A DNA stretch of 64,000 bases from Obrimoposthia wandeli (lineage: Eukaryota). A program made the translations under genes and the position numbers. Below the pieces are notes generated by a model. The model saw only the letters and a program-made list of their open reading frames with translations. It was not told the DNA's origin and ran no database searches. Shown here piece after piece: positions 32,266-42,452 of the stretch. The stretch's first letter is position 1. Each line of letters opens with the position of its first letter. The DNA lies in contig CDROCS010000410.1 of NCBI GenBank assembly GCA_977020255.1, positions 186,001 to 250,000 of the forward strand, in the 5' to 3' direction.

Positions 32266-32583
32266 ATGATCTATTCAACAACAGAATCTATTCCAGGTAA
32301 AGAAATACAAGAGATTGTCGGCGTCGTTACAGGTAACGTTGTGCAAGCAAAGCATATTGGACGCGACATCATGGCAGGCTTAAAAAGTATTGTCGGTGGT
32401 GAAATACGCGGCTATACAGAAATGCTAACCGATGCGAGGGATATTGCAATTCAACGCCTCATTGAGAATGCACAAGAACAAGGCGCAGATGCAATCGTCG
32501 GTGTCCGTTTTACCACAAGCGCAATAATGGATGGTTCATCTGAAATTATGGTCTTTGGTACTGCGGTTAAATTCAAAAAATAG
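32266..32583 (+). CDS. ybjQ: YbjQ / UPF0145 protein
   Basis: GRDIMAGLKSIVGGEIRGYT, GADAIVGVRF, GTAV. Confidence 0.93.
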   Translation: MIYSTTESIPGKEIQEIVGVVTGNVVQAKHIGRDIMAGLKSIVGGEIRGYTEMLTDARDIAIQRLIENAQEQGADAIVGVRFTTSAIMDGSSEIMVFGTAVKFKK

Positions 32584-32591
32584 CAGATAAC

Positions 32592-32852
32592 ATGGAAGGG
32601 TTTTCAAGTATGGAAGTGGTCATTGAATATGGCGTTTTAATCTTAGCTATTTTATCAGTGCCATTAGCTATCATTTTTCTCGTTAAATATTTTAATTCAA
32701 AAAACTATAATTATATTAAAGCTTTATTTTTATTATTGATTTTTGCTACCACAGTGTTTGCTCGGTTAAATTATGCAGAATTTTGGTTAGTCGATTCATG
32801 TTTAGATTCAGGTGGTAGCTTTAATTACTCTCAATTAAGTTGCGAGCATTAG
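32592..32852 (+). CDS. Hypothetical small membrane protein with C-terminal CLDxGGxFxY...C motif
   Basis: 86-aa ORF 8 bp after ybjQ; two hydrophobic helices. Confidence 0.65.
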   Translation: MEGFSSMEVVIEYGVLILAILSVPLAIIFLVKYFNSKNYNYIKALFLLLIFATTVFARLNYAEFWLVDSCLDSGGSFNYSQLSCEH

Positions 32853-32877
32853 CCAATACCTAAAAAAAGTCGTTAAA

Positions 32878-32899
32878 AAGGAAGCATCTCAGCTTCCTT
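32878..32899. terminator. Hairpin between convergent genes
   Basis: aaggaagc-atctca-gcttcctt flanked by A and T runs. Confidence 0.65.
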
Positions 32900-32946
32900 T
32901 ATTGGTATTTATGCTTTGATGATACCGCATCATCAAAGTATGCTAA

Positions 32947-33963
32947 TTACAAATCAGCTAACGCCGTTTCAATCTTTTTAGCCACGTCCTTTGGTACCCA
33001 CTGACTCCACTTATCTTTATTATTTAATAAGAAGTTTTCAGCAGCATAATCACCATCGGCTTGTTCTTCATCTATCCATGCTAACTGCTTATTCATTTCA
33101 TCATTAGTGAATGAACGTTTTCCAAGATACTCCATCACAGCAGGCTCTCGTTTAGAAAAATCAGTCGTCACAATACTCTGCACTGGCGCTGCTGGATAAT
33201 CTGTTACTTTCGGGTTTTCACAGTCTTCGACAATGGTACAATTTTCAAATTCATCACGATCAAAGCCAGTACCGAAATCAACACGTACCATATCGTATTT
33301 GTCCATGATTGCCGTTGGTGACCAATAATAGCCAAACCACGCATCTTCTTTTTCATAGGCTCTAGCCATTGAACCCGCTAAACCAGCGCCGGAACCTGGA
33401 TCAACTAAATCGAAGCCATAATCAGCAAGGTCCATCGCGTTGAATAAATTAGTCGTTGAGATCTGACAAGTCCAGCCAGCAGGACAAGCCATGAAAGCAG
33501 AACGCGTTGGATCTTCAGGGTGCTTAAATAGCTTAGCATTGGCTTTAATTCCCGCTAGCGTCGCTAAAGATGGGTCTTTTTCAACCATATACTTAGGTAC
33601 CCAAAAGCCAGATACGGCGCCGTCAGACAGTAAGTCACCGGCCACAACAATACGCCCTTCCTCACCACCTTTTGCTAATGTAGCTCTGATCTGGTTAGTC
33701 CAAAATTCTGGGGCAATATCAGGGGTATTTTTTTCAATCATCGACGTTGCTGTGATCGTCGAGTTACCAGGCACAATTTCAACGTCGCAAGCGTAGCCAT
33801 GTTCTAGAATAAACGCATCAATATTAGCAACTAAGGTAGCGCTACCTAAGTTCATATCGGCAATAGTCACTGAGCCGCATTCAGCAGCAAGCGTATTGTC
33901 TGCTGCAAAAGAATTAAAAGATGCCATGGTCAACAGCAATGCTAAGGGTGCTTTTTTAAGCAT
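32947..33963 (-). CDS. Orphan ABC substrate-binding protein, ProX/OpuAC (glycine betaine-like) family
   Basis: Signal peptide; CGSVTIADMN, PDIAPEFW, GFWVPKY, CPAGWTC, WFGYYWSPT. No permease or ATPase nearby. Confidence 0.85.
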   Translation of the reverse strand: MLKKAPLALLLTMASFNSFAADNTLAAECGSVTIADMNLGSATLVANIDAFILEHGYACDVEIVPGNSTITATSMIEKNTPDIAPEFWTNQIRATLAKGGEEGRIVVAGDLLSDGAVSGFWVPKYMVEKDPSLATLAGIKANAKLFKHPEDPTRSAFMACPAGWTCQISTTNLFNAMDLADYGFDLVDPGSGAGLAGSMARAYEKEDAWFGYYWSPTAIMDKYDMVRVDFGTGFDRDEFENCTIVEDCENPKVTDYPAAPVQSIVTTDFSKREPAVMEYLGKRSFTNDEMNKQLAWIDEEQADGDYAAENFLLNNKDKWSQWVPKDVAKKIETALADL

Positions 33964-34282
33964 AATAAAACCTCAAATTAAAACTTGGTATGTTGGATAG
34001 ATATAACGTTATTGTACTTCAACATTTCGAATTACGCGTTAATTTCCACTAAGATATATAGACTTATCAATCAAGTATAAGCAGTTAAAGATATTTAAGG
34101 TTAATAAACACACAAACGGAGAACCTATAATTGGGTACTATAATGTGAGTATCTTAAATCATAATAAATCATAACGTAAACATAAATAAACTTATAAAAC
34201 AATGACTTGATTTGAAATCCCATTGACACTGGTAATTACACGACATACTGTACTACTAAATAGATACCAACAAGGAAGAAAC

Positions 34283-36997
34283 ATGATATTACGTACAGTT
34301 GTACTTCGTAATTTAATAACTAGTTCATTAATTTTTACCTCGCTGCCCTCATTTGCCAATGCTATACAAGCAGACGAACCGATTAATAATGACGAATATA
34401 TATCAGCACTTGCTAGCATAGGTTTTGATGTAAATTCGATAGATTCCAAACCATATGATCCAATCAATGGGGTGTATTCAAAGGATTATCATCCATTAGA
34501 AACGTTCATTGAACCAATCAAAATAAACCAATTCGCATTTACTCAATATCCAGAAGTATTTGAAGAAGGAACGTCAGATTATCTACGTTATTTGATCGAC
34601 CCTTATCTGATTGGTGAAAACCAGTATACACTGACTGACAGCTCATATATAAGTGCACAAGCAGACCTCAATGGAGAAAGCAGATTAAATGGAGGTAGCG
34701 CTGGCATAATTGAGGCAAGCAATATTCATAATGTTACTTTTCGTTATGGTATTGACAAAAAATTATCGCATGGCTTAGTTACATTAGAGCTAATAACACG
34801 TGAAGGATTAGGTCATGCAGAGCTAAAAATGACATTTAGTAATGTTCAGGGAAGCATAATTAAAAAATTAACAACGACTACAGGAAGTGACTTCCCTCTG
34901 ACTTCCAACGAATTCATCGACAAAAACCATATTTTTGACTCTCTTTTTCTTGATTCAAACGGTGACGGATACAAAGACCAGCTAATCACGTCATACAATG
35001 GGCAAATCCTAGTTTACGCGTTAGATAATTTAACTGAGCATGTCGAACAGTCTTTTCAGGCTATAGATAAAATAACGCCTAATCTACCTCTACCTGATAA
35101 AGGCAGAGTATCAATAACGAAAGGAAATTTCGATGCTAAGCCAGGTGAAGAGTTAGCATACTCAACAAAATCATTCCAAGGTATATATGGAACGCCGTTG
35201 GTCAATTACTGCTCCGGTTCTGAGTTTAAAATAATTCGTATAGGTAATGAAGATCATAAGACTTTATATAATGGAACGTTACTAGAAGATAATTTATGCC
35301 CCCAAGCAATTACAGAGGCCAAAATAAAATCAAACTCTGCGAATACCCAATTAGCCGTTGGTGGTGTTTATGATACTGATGGAGATAAATCTTTTAATGA
35401 AAATGTATTTGGTGTGAGACTATACGATTTCTTGTTAGATGTAGAAACAGATAAGCTAACCATGACACGTATAGCTAACGGAAAATGGACCGAAGAAAAA
35501 TGGAGATATGATACCGCATGGTTCCAACATTCTATCGCGTCGGCAGATCTATTAGGTATTGGCACCGACTACGTTGCCTATGCCAGTAAAGTATTTACTT
35601 ATGACCTTTCTCATAGCGGTCACATCAAGGGTGTAAAGCGATTTGATTTAGGCTCAAAAGAATCCTCTAAAATAGCGATGGTATGGACTAGTGGTAACTT
35701 CTCTGATGATTTCAATGAATATGTGACAGGCAGCATTATAGAAGCGGTGCCAGAAGAAGAACAATTAATAAGACATGAAGGTGAAGAACTAATCCTTGCG
35801 AGAGTAAAGAGTAACTATAATCCGTTTAGTCTGGATGGCTCACAAGCTACAAAATATTCTTTTCGAACAAGTCGACTTGTTGATATAGACAATAGTATCT
35901 TTAGCCCTGTTAGAACCGTTAATGATACTTATTATTCTGAGCAAGGGGGCGTGAGTATCGATTACATTAAAGCACCTGTTTTTTTTGCTAGCTCATATAT
36001 TGAACATCAACAACCTTGGGTAAAACAATTTCCTAGCTTCTCAGCAATAGATGTAAACGCCTCTTCTGTTGCTGCCGTTGCAACTAATTCTCATAGTGTA
36101 AAGCTGGCTGCACCTTCATTAATTCAGGTCATAGAACCAGTGCCATACTATGGTGCTATATATGAAACAATGAAACCGTCACAATCGATTACTCTCGTAG
36201 AAGAGCAAGGAAGCGTGTACAGTGTCAAAAATTCAATCTCTATGGGGTCAACGATTGAAGCAACAACACCGGTGTTAAGTGCTAGTATTTCCAACTCTCT
36301 TACTCAAAGTTTTGCATACTCATCTGAAGAGAGAATTTCGGAAGTGTTAACAAATACCAACAATATGGGAAGTGCGTTTTTAAATCTCGAAGTCGTTCCA
36401 TTCGATAGTTTTGAGTATCGAATCATTTACGCTCCGAGTAATCTAGAAATACGAGGAGAAACATTTAACACCATGTTCCCACGAGTTCCACTCTATAGTT
36501 TCATTGATATGGCGCACTATGATGATTTAAATGATTCACTTGATTCAGGCTTTCAATCCTATACGGAGCAATTCCCTATAGCTGGCGATATTGAAAATTA
36601 TCCATCGATGGAGACCGTAAAATCAGACTTTCCAAACTCTTATGTTACCGATGTAACTACAGTTCCACCAAGCCATGAGAATTCAACAACAATTGGCGTT
36701 ATACTTTCAAAAATATTCGAAGCGGGTCAAGGCGGTGAAGAAGAACTGGCTATATCGACATCTGTTGGCCTAGCGTTTAAAGGCTTTGGGTTTAATACAT
36801 CTGAAAGTTATGCATATGGGTTAGAAACAACTGCTCTTCGGAGTTGGGGTAAAGGGCAAACATATAACGCCACTATTTTTGGAACACCAGACCCTGAAGA
36901 ATTCCCTGTATATTCATTTGGTCTATTTTTAACTAAAGATCAAAACCCTACGGGTGCAAAAGAATCCTTCATTAGAACGGGGTTTTATATAAAATAA
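34283..36997 (+). CDS. Large secreted hypothetical protein (~904 aa) with FG-GAP/VCBS-like motifs and a Ser/Thr-rich C-terminal region
   Basis: AAGGAAG RBS before ATG 34283; Sec-type signal ending ANA; DSNGDGYKDQL, ITKGNFDAKPGEELA, IASADLLGIGTDYVA and WTSGNFSDD motifs. Confidence 0.85.
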   Translation: MILRTVVLRNLITSSLIFTSLPSFANAIQADEPINNDEYISALASIGFDVNSIDSKPYDPINGVYSKDYHPLETFIEPIKINQFAFTQYPEVFEEGTSDYLRYLIDPYLIGENQYTLTDSSYISAQADLNGESRLNGGSAGIIEASNIHNVTFRYGIDKKLSHGLVTLELITREGLGHAELKMTFSNVQGSIIKKLTTTTGSDFPLTSNEFIDKNHIFDSLFLDSNGDGYKDQLITSYNGQILVYALDNLTEHVEQSFQAIDKITPNLPLPDKGRVSITKGNFDAKPGEELAYSTKSFQGIYGTPLVNYCSGSEFKIIRIGNEDHKTLYNGTLLEDNLCPQAITEAKIKSNSANTQLAVGGVYDTDGDKSFNENVFGVRLYDFLLDVETDKLTMTRIANGKWTEEKWRYDTAWFQHSIASADLLGIGTDYVAYASKVFTYDLSHSGHIKGVKRFDLGSKESSKIAMVWTSGNFSDDFNEYVTGSIIEAVPEEEQLIRHEGEELILARVKSNYNPFSLDGSQATKYSFRTSRLVDIDNSIFSPVRTVNDTYYSEQGGVSIDYIKAPVFFASSYIEHQQPWVKQFPSFSAIDVNASSVAAVATNSHSVKLAAPSLIQVIEPVPYYGAIYETMKPSQSITLVEEQGSVYSVKNSISMGSTIEATTPVLSASISNSLTQSFAYSSEERISEVLTNTNNMGSAFLNLEVVPFDSFEYRIIYAPSNLEIRGETFNTMFPRVPLYSFIDMAHYDDLNDSLDSGFQSYTEQFPIAGDIENYPSMETVKSDFPNSYVTDVTTVPPSHENSTTIGVILSKIFEAGQGGEEELAISTSVGLAFKGFGFNTSESYAYGLETTALRSWGKGQTYNATIFGTPDPEEFPVYSFGLFLTKDQNPTGAKESFIRTGFYIK

Positions 36998-37200
36998 GTC
37001 TTGTAACTATATAGTTTTATCATTCCCACCAGACCTAAAATGGCAGGCTTAGACCTTCCGTTTTAGGCCTGTCATTATATTGATAGTTCTCTGAACACAA
37101 AATATAACCAAAAATATCCCCTCATAATGTAACGTTAAACTCTCAGCTATTGGCGCTTATCCAAACATACACAATACTTATATAAGATCAATACATAAGG

Positions 37201-38682
37201 ATGCGAAGTGTGAAGCGAGATTCAATGGAATTTGATGTTGTCATTGTCGGTGCAGGACCTGCGGGATTATCTGCAGCCTGTCGCTTGCGTCAACTTGCAC
37301 TAGACACTGATACAGAACTCAGTGTTTGCGTCCTCGAAAAAGCCGCCGAGATTGGCGGACATACCCTTGCTGGGACCATCTTTGAAACCCGAGCATTAGA
37401 CGAACTGTTTCCCGACTGGCGCGAATTAGACTCTCCTGTCACCTGTCATGTAAAACGCGATGAAACTTGGTTACTCAAAAATGCGACTACCGCCCGCCGC
37501 GTACCCAGCATGTTATTAAAGAATATTTGGTTAGCCAAACAAGCTGAAGAGTTGGGTGTCGAAATGACGATGGTTCACCTTTGCTCATGGTAGCGTCAAA
37601 GGCGTGATCACCGGAGACATGGGATCGGCTCGTGCATTTAGGTAAACAATTAATCGAGAAATACCAACTAGATAAGAATGCAGATCCACAACACTATGGG
37701 CTAGGTATTAAAGAATTATGGCAAATAGACCCCGGTGGTTAGCATCCACAGTATTGGCTGGCCATATCATGTAGGTAAAGACCAAGCTTATGTCGGCCTT
37801 ATTACCGACTTGAATTACCAAAACCCTTATCTCAGCCCTTTCGAAGAATTCCAACGTCTTAAATTACACCCTGCAGTCAGTCGCTATTTAAAAGGCGGTA
37901 AACGACTAGCTTACGGCGCGAGAACTGTCACCAAAGGCGGCTATAACAGCCTGCCGAAAATGGTATTCCCCAGTGGTTTACTACTCGGTTGTGATGCTGG
38001 TACATTGAACGTGGCTAAATTAAAAGGCACTCATACCGCTATGAAAACAGGTATGGTCGGTGCTGAAGCTGTGTTTGCTGCGATGGCATTGACACGCTTT
38101 AAAGCAAACGAGAGCAGTAAAGAGACTAATAACAACCTCGAACACTTCACCTTATTATATGAAGCATCTTGGGTGTACCAAGAGTTATATCAATCACGTA
38201 ATTTTGCCCCTATCACCCACAGATGCAATACCATGTTAGCTGTTACCTGGTTTGAACAGAATATACTGCACAAAAGCTTACCCTTTACCCTACACGATTC
38301 AAAACCCGATCATTGTCAGTTGCAAAAAGTGACCAGGTCGACAGCGATTACCTATCCGAAACCAGACAACATATTAACGTTTGACCGTTTAAGTTCAGTG
38401 TTTCTAGCTAATATACAACATGATGCAGATCAGCCTAATCACCTTAAACTGACCGATCCTAGTGTGCCAATGTGCACTAACCTGCCCCGCTTTGCAGAAC
38501 CTGCGCAACGCTACTGCCCTGCGGCTGTATATGAAATTGTCACAGTTGATAAAGAAGTGAAATTCCAAATAAATGCGCAAAACTGCATTCACTGTAAAGC
38601 CTGTGACATCAAGGACCCGTCACAGAATATCGTCTGGACACCACCCGAAGGCGGCAGTGGCCCCAACTATTCAGGCATGTGA
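37201..38682 (+). pseudogene. etfD: ETF-ubiquinone oxidoreductase, disrupted by several deletions and frameshifts
   Basis: FDVVIVGAGPAGLSAA start and intact 4Fe-4S C-terminus (RYCPAAVYE, NCIHCKACDIKDP). Between ~37510 and 37770 the conserved blocks (HGSVKGVITGDMG; HLGKQLIEKYQL...QHYGLGIKELWQIDP; HSIGWP) lie in different frames with intervening conserved segments missing. Confidence 0.88.
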
Positions 38683-38720
38683 CTTTCATACTGAAGACAC
38701 CAGCAACAAAACAACAGTAC

Positions 38721-38757
38721 AAAAAAAGCGCCACTAATCAATGATCAGTGGCGCTTT
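38721..38757 (-). terminator. Intrinsic terminator of glpD
   Basis: aaagcgccact...agtggcgcttt with an A7 run (T7 on the minus strand). Confidence 0.8.
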
Positions 38758-38794
38758 AATGTGAGCTGATTAATTAGCGTAGTGAGTTACGCAA

Positions 38795-40384
38795 TTAGCC
38801 AACTTTATCTAGCTTTACCGGATTAAGCTTTACGCCTTGTGCATCCATGATTTTTGCATCAATGTAGTCTGCAACAGCTGCTTGTTGTTCTTTGTTTAAG
38901 TACAAACCAAGCTTAGTACGACGCCATAATACATCTTCCGCTTTCTTCGCAAATTCTGTTTCAATCAAATAATCAAGTTCACGGCTGTAAACACCCTGAC
39001 CAAAGTGGATACCAAAATCAGCCTCAGATTTACAATCAGCGAATAACTTCCAAGTATCTGTACCAAATTGATTCACATAACGCTTCGCCGTTTCAGGGTT
39101 TAGCCATAAATGTTGAGAGCAAATGTTAGCAACTAACTGCGTACGTGGGTAACTAAAGTCACCACCTGGTAATGGCGTATCTGCTGTCCAAGAATTACCT
39201 AACTTATCAAAGTAAGGTGAAATAAGTGTCATTGCTGACTCAGCCAGTTTACGGTAAGTCGTTAACTTGCCACCGAAAATAGATAGCAATGGCGCCTGTG
39301 TGCCTTCTTGCTCAAGTTCCAGAGTGTAATCACGTGTGATTGCTTGTGGTGATGAAGATTCGTCATCACACAGTGGACGTACACCACTATAAGTCCAAAC
39401 AACGTCACTTGGTGCAAGCTGTTTCACAAAATGTTCGTTTACCACATCAATCAAGTATTCAACTTCGTCATCAGAGATCGCCACTTTGCGTGGGTCGCCA
39501 ATATATTCAACGTCAGTTGTACCTATGATTGAGAAGTCTTCCATGTAAGGAATAACGAACACAATACGGTTATCTTTATTTTGTAAAATGTAAGCTTGTT
39601 CTTCATCGTGAATACGTGGTACTACGATGTGTGAACCTTTTACCAAACGAATGTTACGTGGTGATTCTTCTTCCATGCTGTCATCGAAGAATTGCTTCAC
39701 CCAAGGACCGGCCGCATTAACTAATGCACGCGCAGTACGCTCGAAACGCACGTTTGTTTGATCGTTTACAATTGTTACTTGCCATAAGCCATCTTTACGC
39801 ACAGCTTTTTCTACACGGCAATAGTTCTCAACTTCAGCGCCGTTACGTTGTGCTGCCATCGCATTTAGAATAACTAAACGAGCATCATCAACCCAGCAAT
39901 CTGAATATTCAAAACCTTTAGTGATTTCTTTTTTAAGTAAACCTGATTTCGCTAAGTTTACTTGGTTACTACCTGGTAACGTTGTACGTTTACCCAAGTT
40001 GTCATACAAGAACAAACCTGCACGAATTAATAACGCAGGACGTAAGAAAGGACGATGTGGTAAACGAAAGCGCATTGGTTTAACAATGTGTGGTGCTTTC
40101 TTCAATAATACTTCACGTTCTGCAAGTGATTCAGACACGAGACGAAACTCGTAATGCTCAAGGTAACGTAAACCACCATGAACAAGTTTAGAACTTGCTG
40201 ATGATGTAGCTGAAGCAAAATCGGCTGCTTCATATAAGCCTACTGTTAAACCTCGGCCAGCTGCGTCTGCAGCAATACCTGCGCCATTAATACCACCGCC
40301 TACAACGATCAGGTCTAGTACTTCATTATATTCTTTATTAACAGGCACATTATTGGTCATTACTTTCTGGTTTCCATTATTCAT
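38795..40384 (-). CDS. glpD: Aerobic glycerol-3-phosphate dehydrogenase
   Basis: VVGGGINGAGIAADAAGRGL, SSASSKLVHGGLRYLE, GGKLTTYRKLAE. Confidence 0.97.
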   Translation of the reverse strand: MNNGNQKVMTNNVPVNKEYNEVLDLIVVGGGINGAGIAADAAGRGLTVGLYEAADFASATSSASSKLVHGGLRYLEHYEFRLVSESLAEREVLLKKAPHIVKPMRFRLPHRPFLRPALLIRAGLFLYDNLGKRTTLPGSNQVNLAKSGLLKKEITKGFEYSDCWVDDARLVILNAMAAQRNGAEVENYCRVEKAVRKDGLWQVTIVNDQTNVRFERTARALVNAAGPWVKQFFDDSMEEESPRNIRLVKGSHIVVPRIHDEEQAYILQNKDNRIVFVIPYMEDFSIIGTTDVEYIGDPRKVAISDDEVEYLIDVVNEHFVKQLAPSDVVWTYSGVRPLCDDESSSPQAITRDYTLELEQEGTQAPLLSIFGGKLTTYRKLAESAMTLISPYFDKLGNSWTADTPLPGGDFSYPRTQLVANICSQHLWLNPETAKRYVNQFGTDTWKLFADCKSEADFGIHFGQGVYSRELDYLIETEFAKKAEDVLWRRTKLGLYLNKEQQAAVADYIDAKIMDAQGVKLNPVKLDKVG

Positions 40385-40409
40385 ACTTAACTCACTTTAA
40401 TACATTCTT

Positions 40410-40591
40410 GTCTGAGCGAACGACCGCTTTCGAACATCTGCAACTAATATAAAACACTTTGGTATTAAAATCATCATTTACTTTCGAATTCGAGCATTTA
40501 TTTTTACATATCGAACATCAATTGCGAAAATAAGGTGGCTAGAAATGTTCGAATGGCTATTAAACCTTAAAAATATGTCAAGTTGATGACA
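40410..40591. promoter_or_regulatory. glpD upstream region with repeated TGTTCG/CGAACA-type elements (GlpR-operator-like) and a TGTCA-N6-TGACA palindrome
   Basis: cgaacat at ~40431 and ~40512, tttcgaattcgagcat at 40482-40497, atgttcg at ~40545, tgtca-agttga-tgaca at 40576-40591. Confidence 0.55.
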
Positions 40592-40773
40592 AAAATAGAC
40601 TACTTTGCGCGAAATGCCCAAATAATCCCTGCATAAACTAAAAATTACAAAATCAATAAAAAAACAGTAAAAAAAAGCACCACTATATCAATATAATGAT
40701 GCTCTTCTAATCAGACTAAGGTGACTACCTGTTGACAATCAATCCTAAGCACTAGTACTAATTATAGTAACAG

Positions 40774-42306
40774 CTATAGTAAATCGTCTTCTTCGTCATG
40801 GCCTTCAGACCATGATTGTGCTGCTTTCACTGCACGTTTCCAACCACGGTAACGACGTTGACGTTTAACATCATCATCAAGTGGTTCGAATGATTTTTCG
40901 ATAACAGCTTTATCAGACAGTTCATCTAGACCATCCCAGAAACCAACAGCTAAACCAGCAAGGTATGCCGCACCAAGTGCAGTTACTTCTGTAACTGCAG
41001 GACGTAATACAGTGGTATTTAACACGTCAGATTGGAATTGCATTAGGAAGTTATTCGCTACTGCCCCGCCATCTACACGTAGTTCAGCTAGCTTGATACC
41101 TGAATCCGCTTGCATCGCATCAAGTACGTCACGTGTTTGATACGCAATACTTTCTAGTGTTGCACGAATAATGTGGTTTGCACCAACACCACGCGTTAGA
41201 CCAACAATCGTACCACGAGCATAAGCATCCCAGTACGGTGCGCCTAAACCTGTGAACGCAGGTACAACATAAACACCGTTTGACGAGTCTACTTTTGTTG
41301 CAAAGTATTCAGAATCTTTTGCATCAGAAAGTAATTTCATTTCGTCACGTAACCATTGGATAGAAGCACCACCCATGAATACCGCGCCTTCTAGTGCGTA
41401 TGCAACTTCACCACGAGGACCACATGCCAAGGTAGTCAGTAGACCGTTTTTAGACGTTACTTTTTCTTTACCCGTGTTCATTAACAAGAAACAACCAGTA
41501 CCGTAGGTATTTTTAGCTTGGCCTTGTTCTACACACATTTGACCGTAAAGTGCAGCTTGTTGATCGCCAGCAATACCAGCGATTGGGGTACGCGTACCGC
41601 CTTTACCACCTAAGTTCATTTGACCATAAACTTCTGAAGAAGATTTCACTTCAGCCATCATTGATAATGGAATATCAAGGATCTTAAGTAGTTTCTCATC
41701 CCACTGTAGTGTATTGATGTTAAACAACATAGTACGTGATGCGTTAGTGTGATCAGTTACATGTACGCGTCCTTGTGTCATTTTCCAAACTAACCAAGTA
41801 TCAACAGTACCGAATAATAGTTTACCGGCTTCAGCGTCTTCACGTGCACCCTCGACGTTATCAAGGATCCATTTAATTTTTGTACCTGAGAAGTACGGGT
41901 CAACAACCAAACCTGTGTTTTCACGTACGTATTCTTCAAAGCCAGCATCTTGTGCTTTTAATTTGTCACAGATATCAGCAGTACGACGACATTGCCATAC
42001 AATCGCGTTATAAACCGGCTTGCCTGTTTCTTTGTTCCAAACAATCGTTGTTTCACGTTGGTTAGTAATACCGATACCGGCAATTTCATCACTCGTGATA
42101 CCAGTCTTAGCTAACGTTTCAACTAATACTGAACTCTGAGTTGCGTAGATTTCAAGTGGATCATGCTCAACCCAACCGGCTTGCGGATAGATTTGCGTGA
42201 ATTCACGTTGAGATACACTAACAATATTTGCATCGTGGTCAAGAATAACGGCACGAGAACTTGTTGTACCTTGGTCTAAAGCAATAATGTATTTTTTCTC
42301 AGTCAT
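40774..42306 (-). CDS. glpK: Glycerol kinase
   Basis: [38 protein letters not shown]. Confidence 0.98.
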   Translation of the reverse strand: MTEKKYIIALDQGTTSSRAVILDHDANIVSVSQREFTQIYPQAGWVEHDPLEIYATQSSVLVETLAKTGITSDEIAGIGITNQRETTIVWNKETGKPVYNAIVWQCRRTADICDKLKAQDAGFEEYVRENTGLVVDPYFSGTKIKWILDNVEGAREDAEAGKLLFGTVDTWLVWKMTQGRVHVTDHTNASRTMLFNINTLQWDEKLLKILDIPLSMMAEVKSSSEVYGQMNLGGKGGTRTPIAGIAGDQQAALYGQMCVEQGQAKNTYGTGCFLLMNTGKEKVTSKNGLLTTLACGPRGEVAYALEGAVFMGGASIQWLRDEMKLLSDAKDSEYFATKVDSSNGVYVVPAFTGLGAPYWDAYARGTIVGLTRGVGANHIIRATLESIAYQTRDVLDAMQADSGIKLAELRVDGGAVANNFLMQFQSDVLNTTVLRPAVTEVTALGAAYLAGLAVGFWDGLDELSDKAVIEKSFEPLDDDVKRQRRYRGWKRAVKAAQSWSEGHDEEDDLL

Positions 42307-42452
42307 TACGAAGTCCTTTTAATTTCATTTATATGAGTACGTTATATTTCAATTAGCTTACGTACTTATGTTTAATTATACACTTAAGCGATAATCAAAG
42401 TCGCTCAAGTGTTATTCAAAATTTATTCGGTATTAATTATCACTGTTGCTAA

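Noticed and set aside
34000-37200. Mobile element or prophage carrying the large secreted protein
   Set aside because: No integrase, transposase, terminal inverted repeats, tRNA target or flanking direct repeats were seen; horizontal origin remains unproven.
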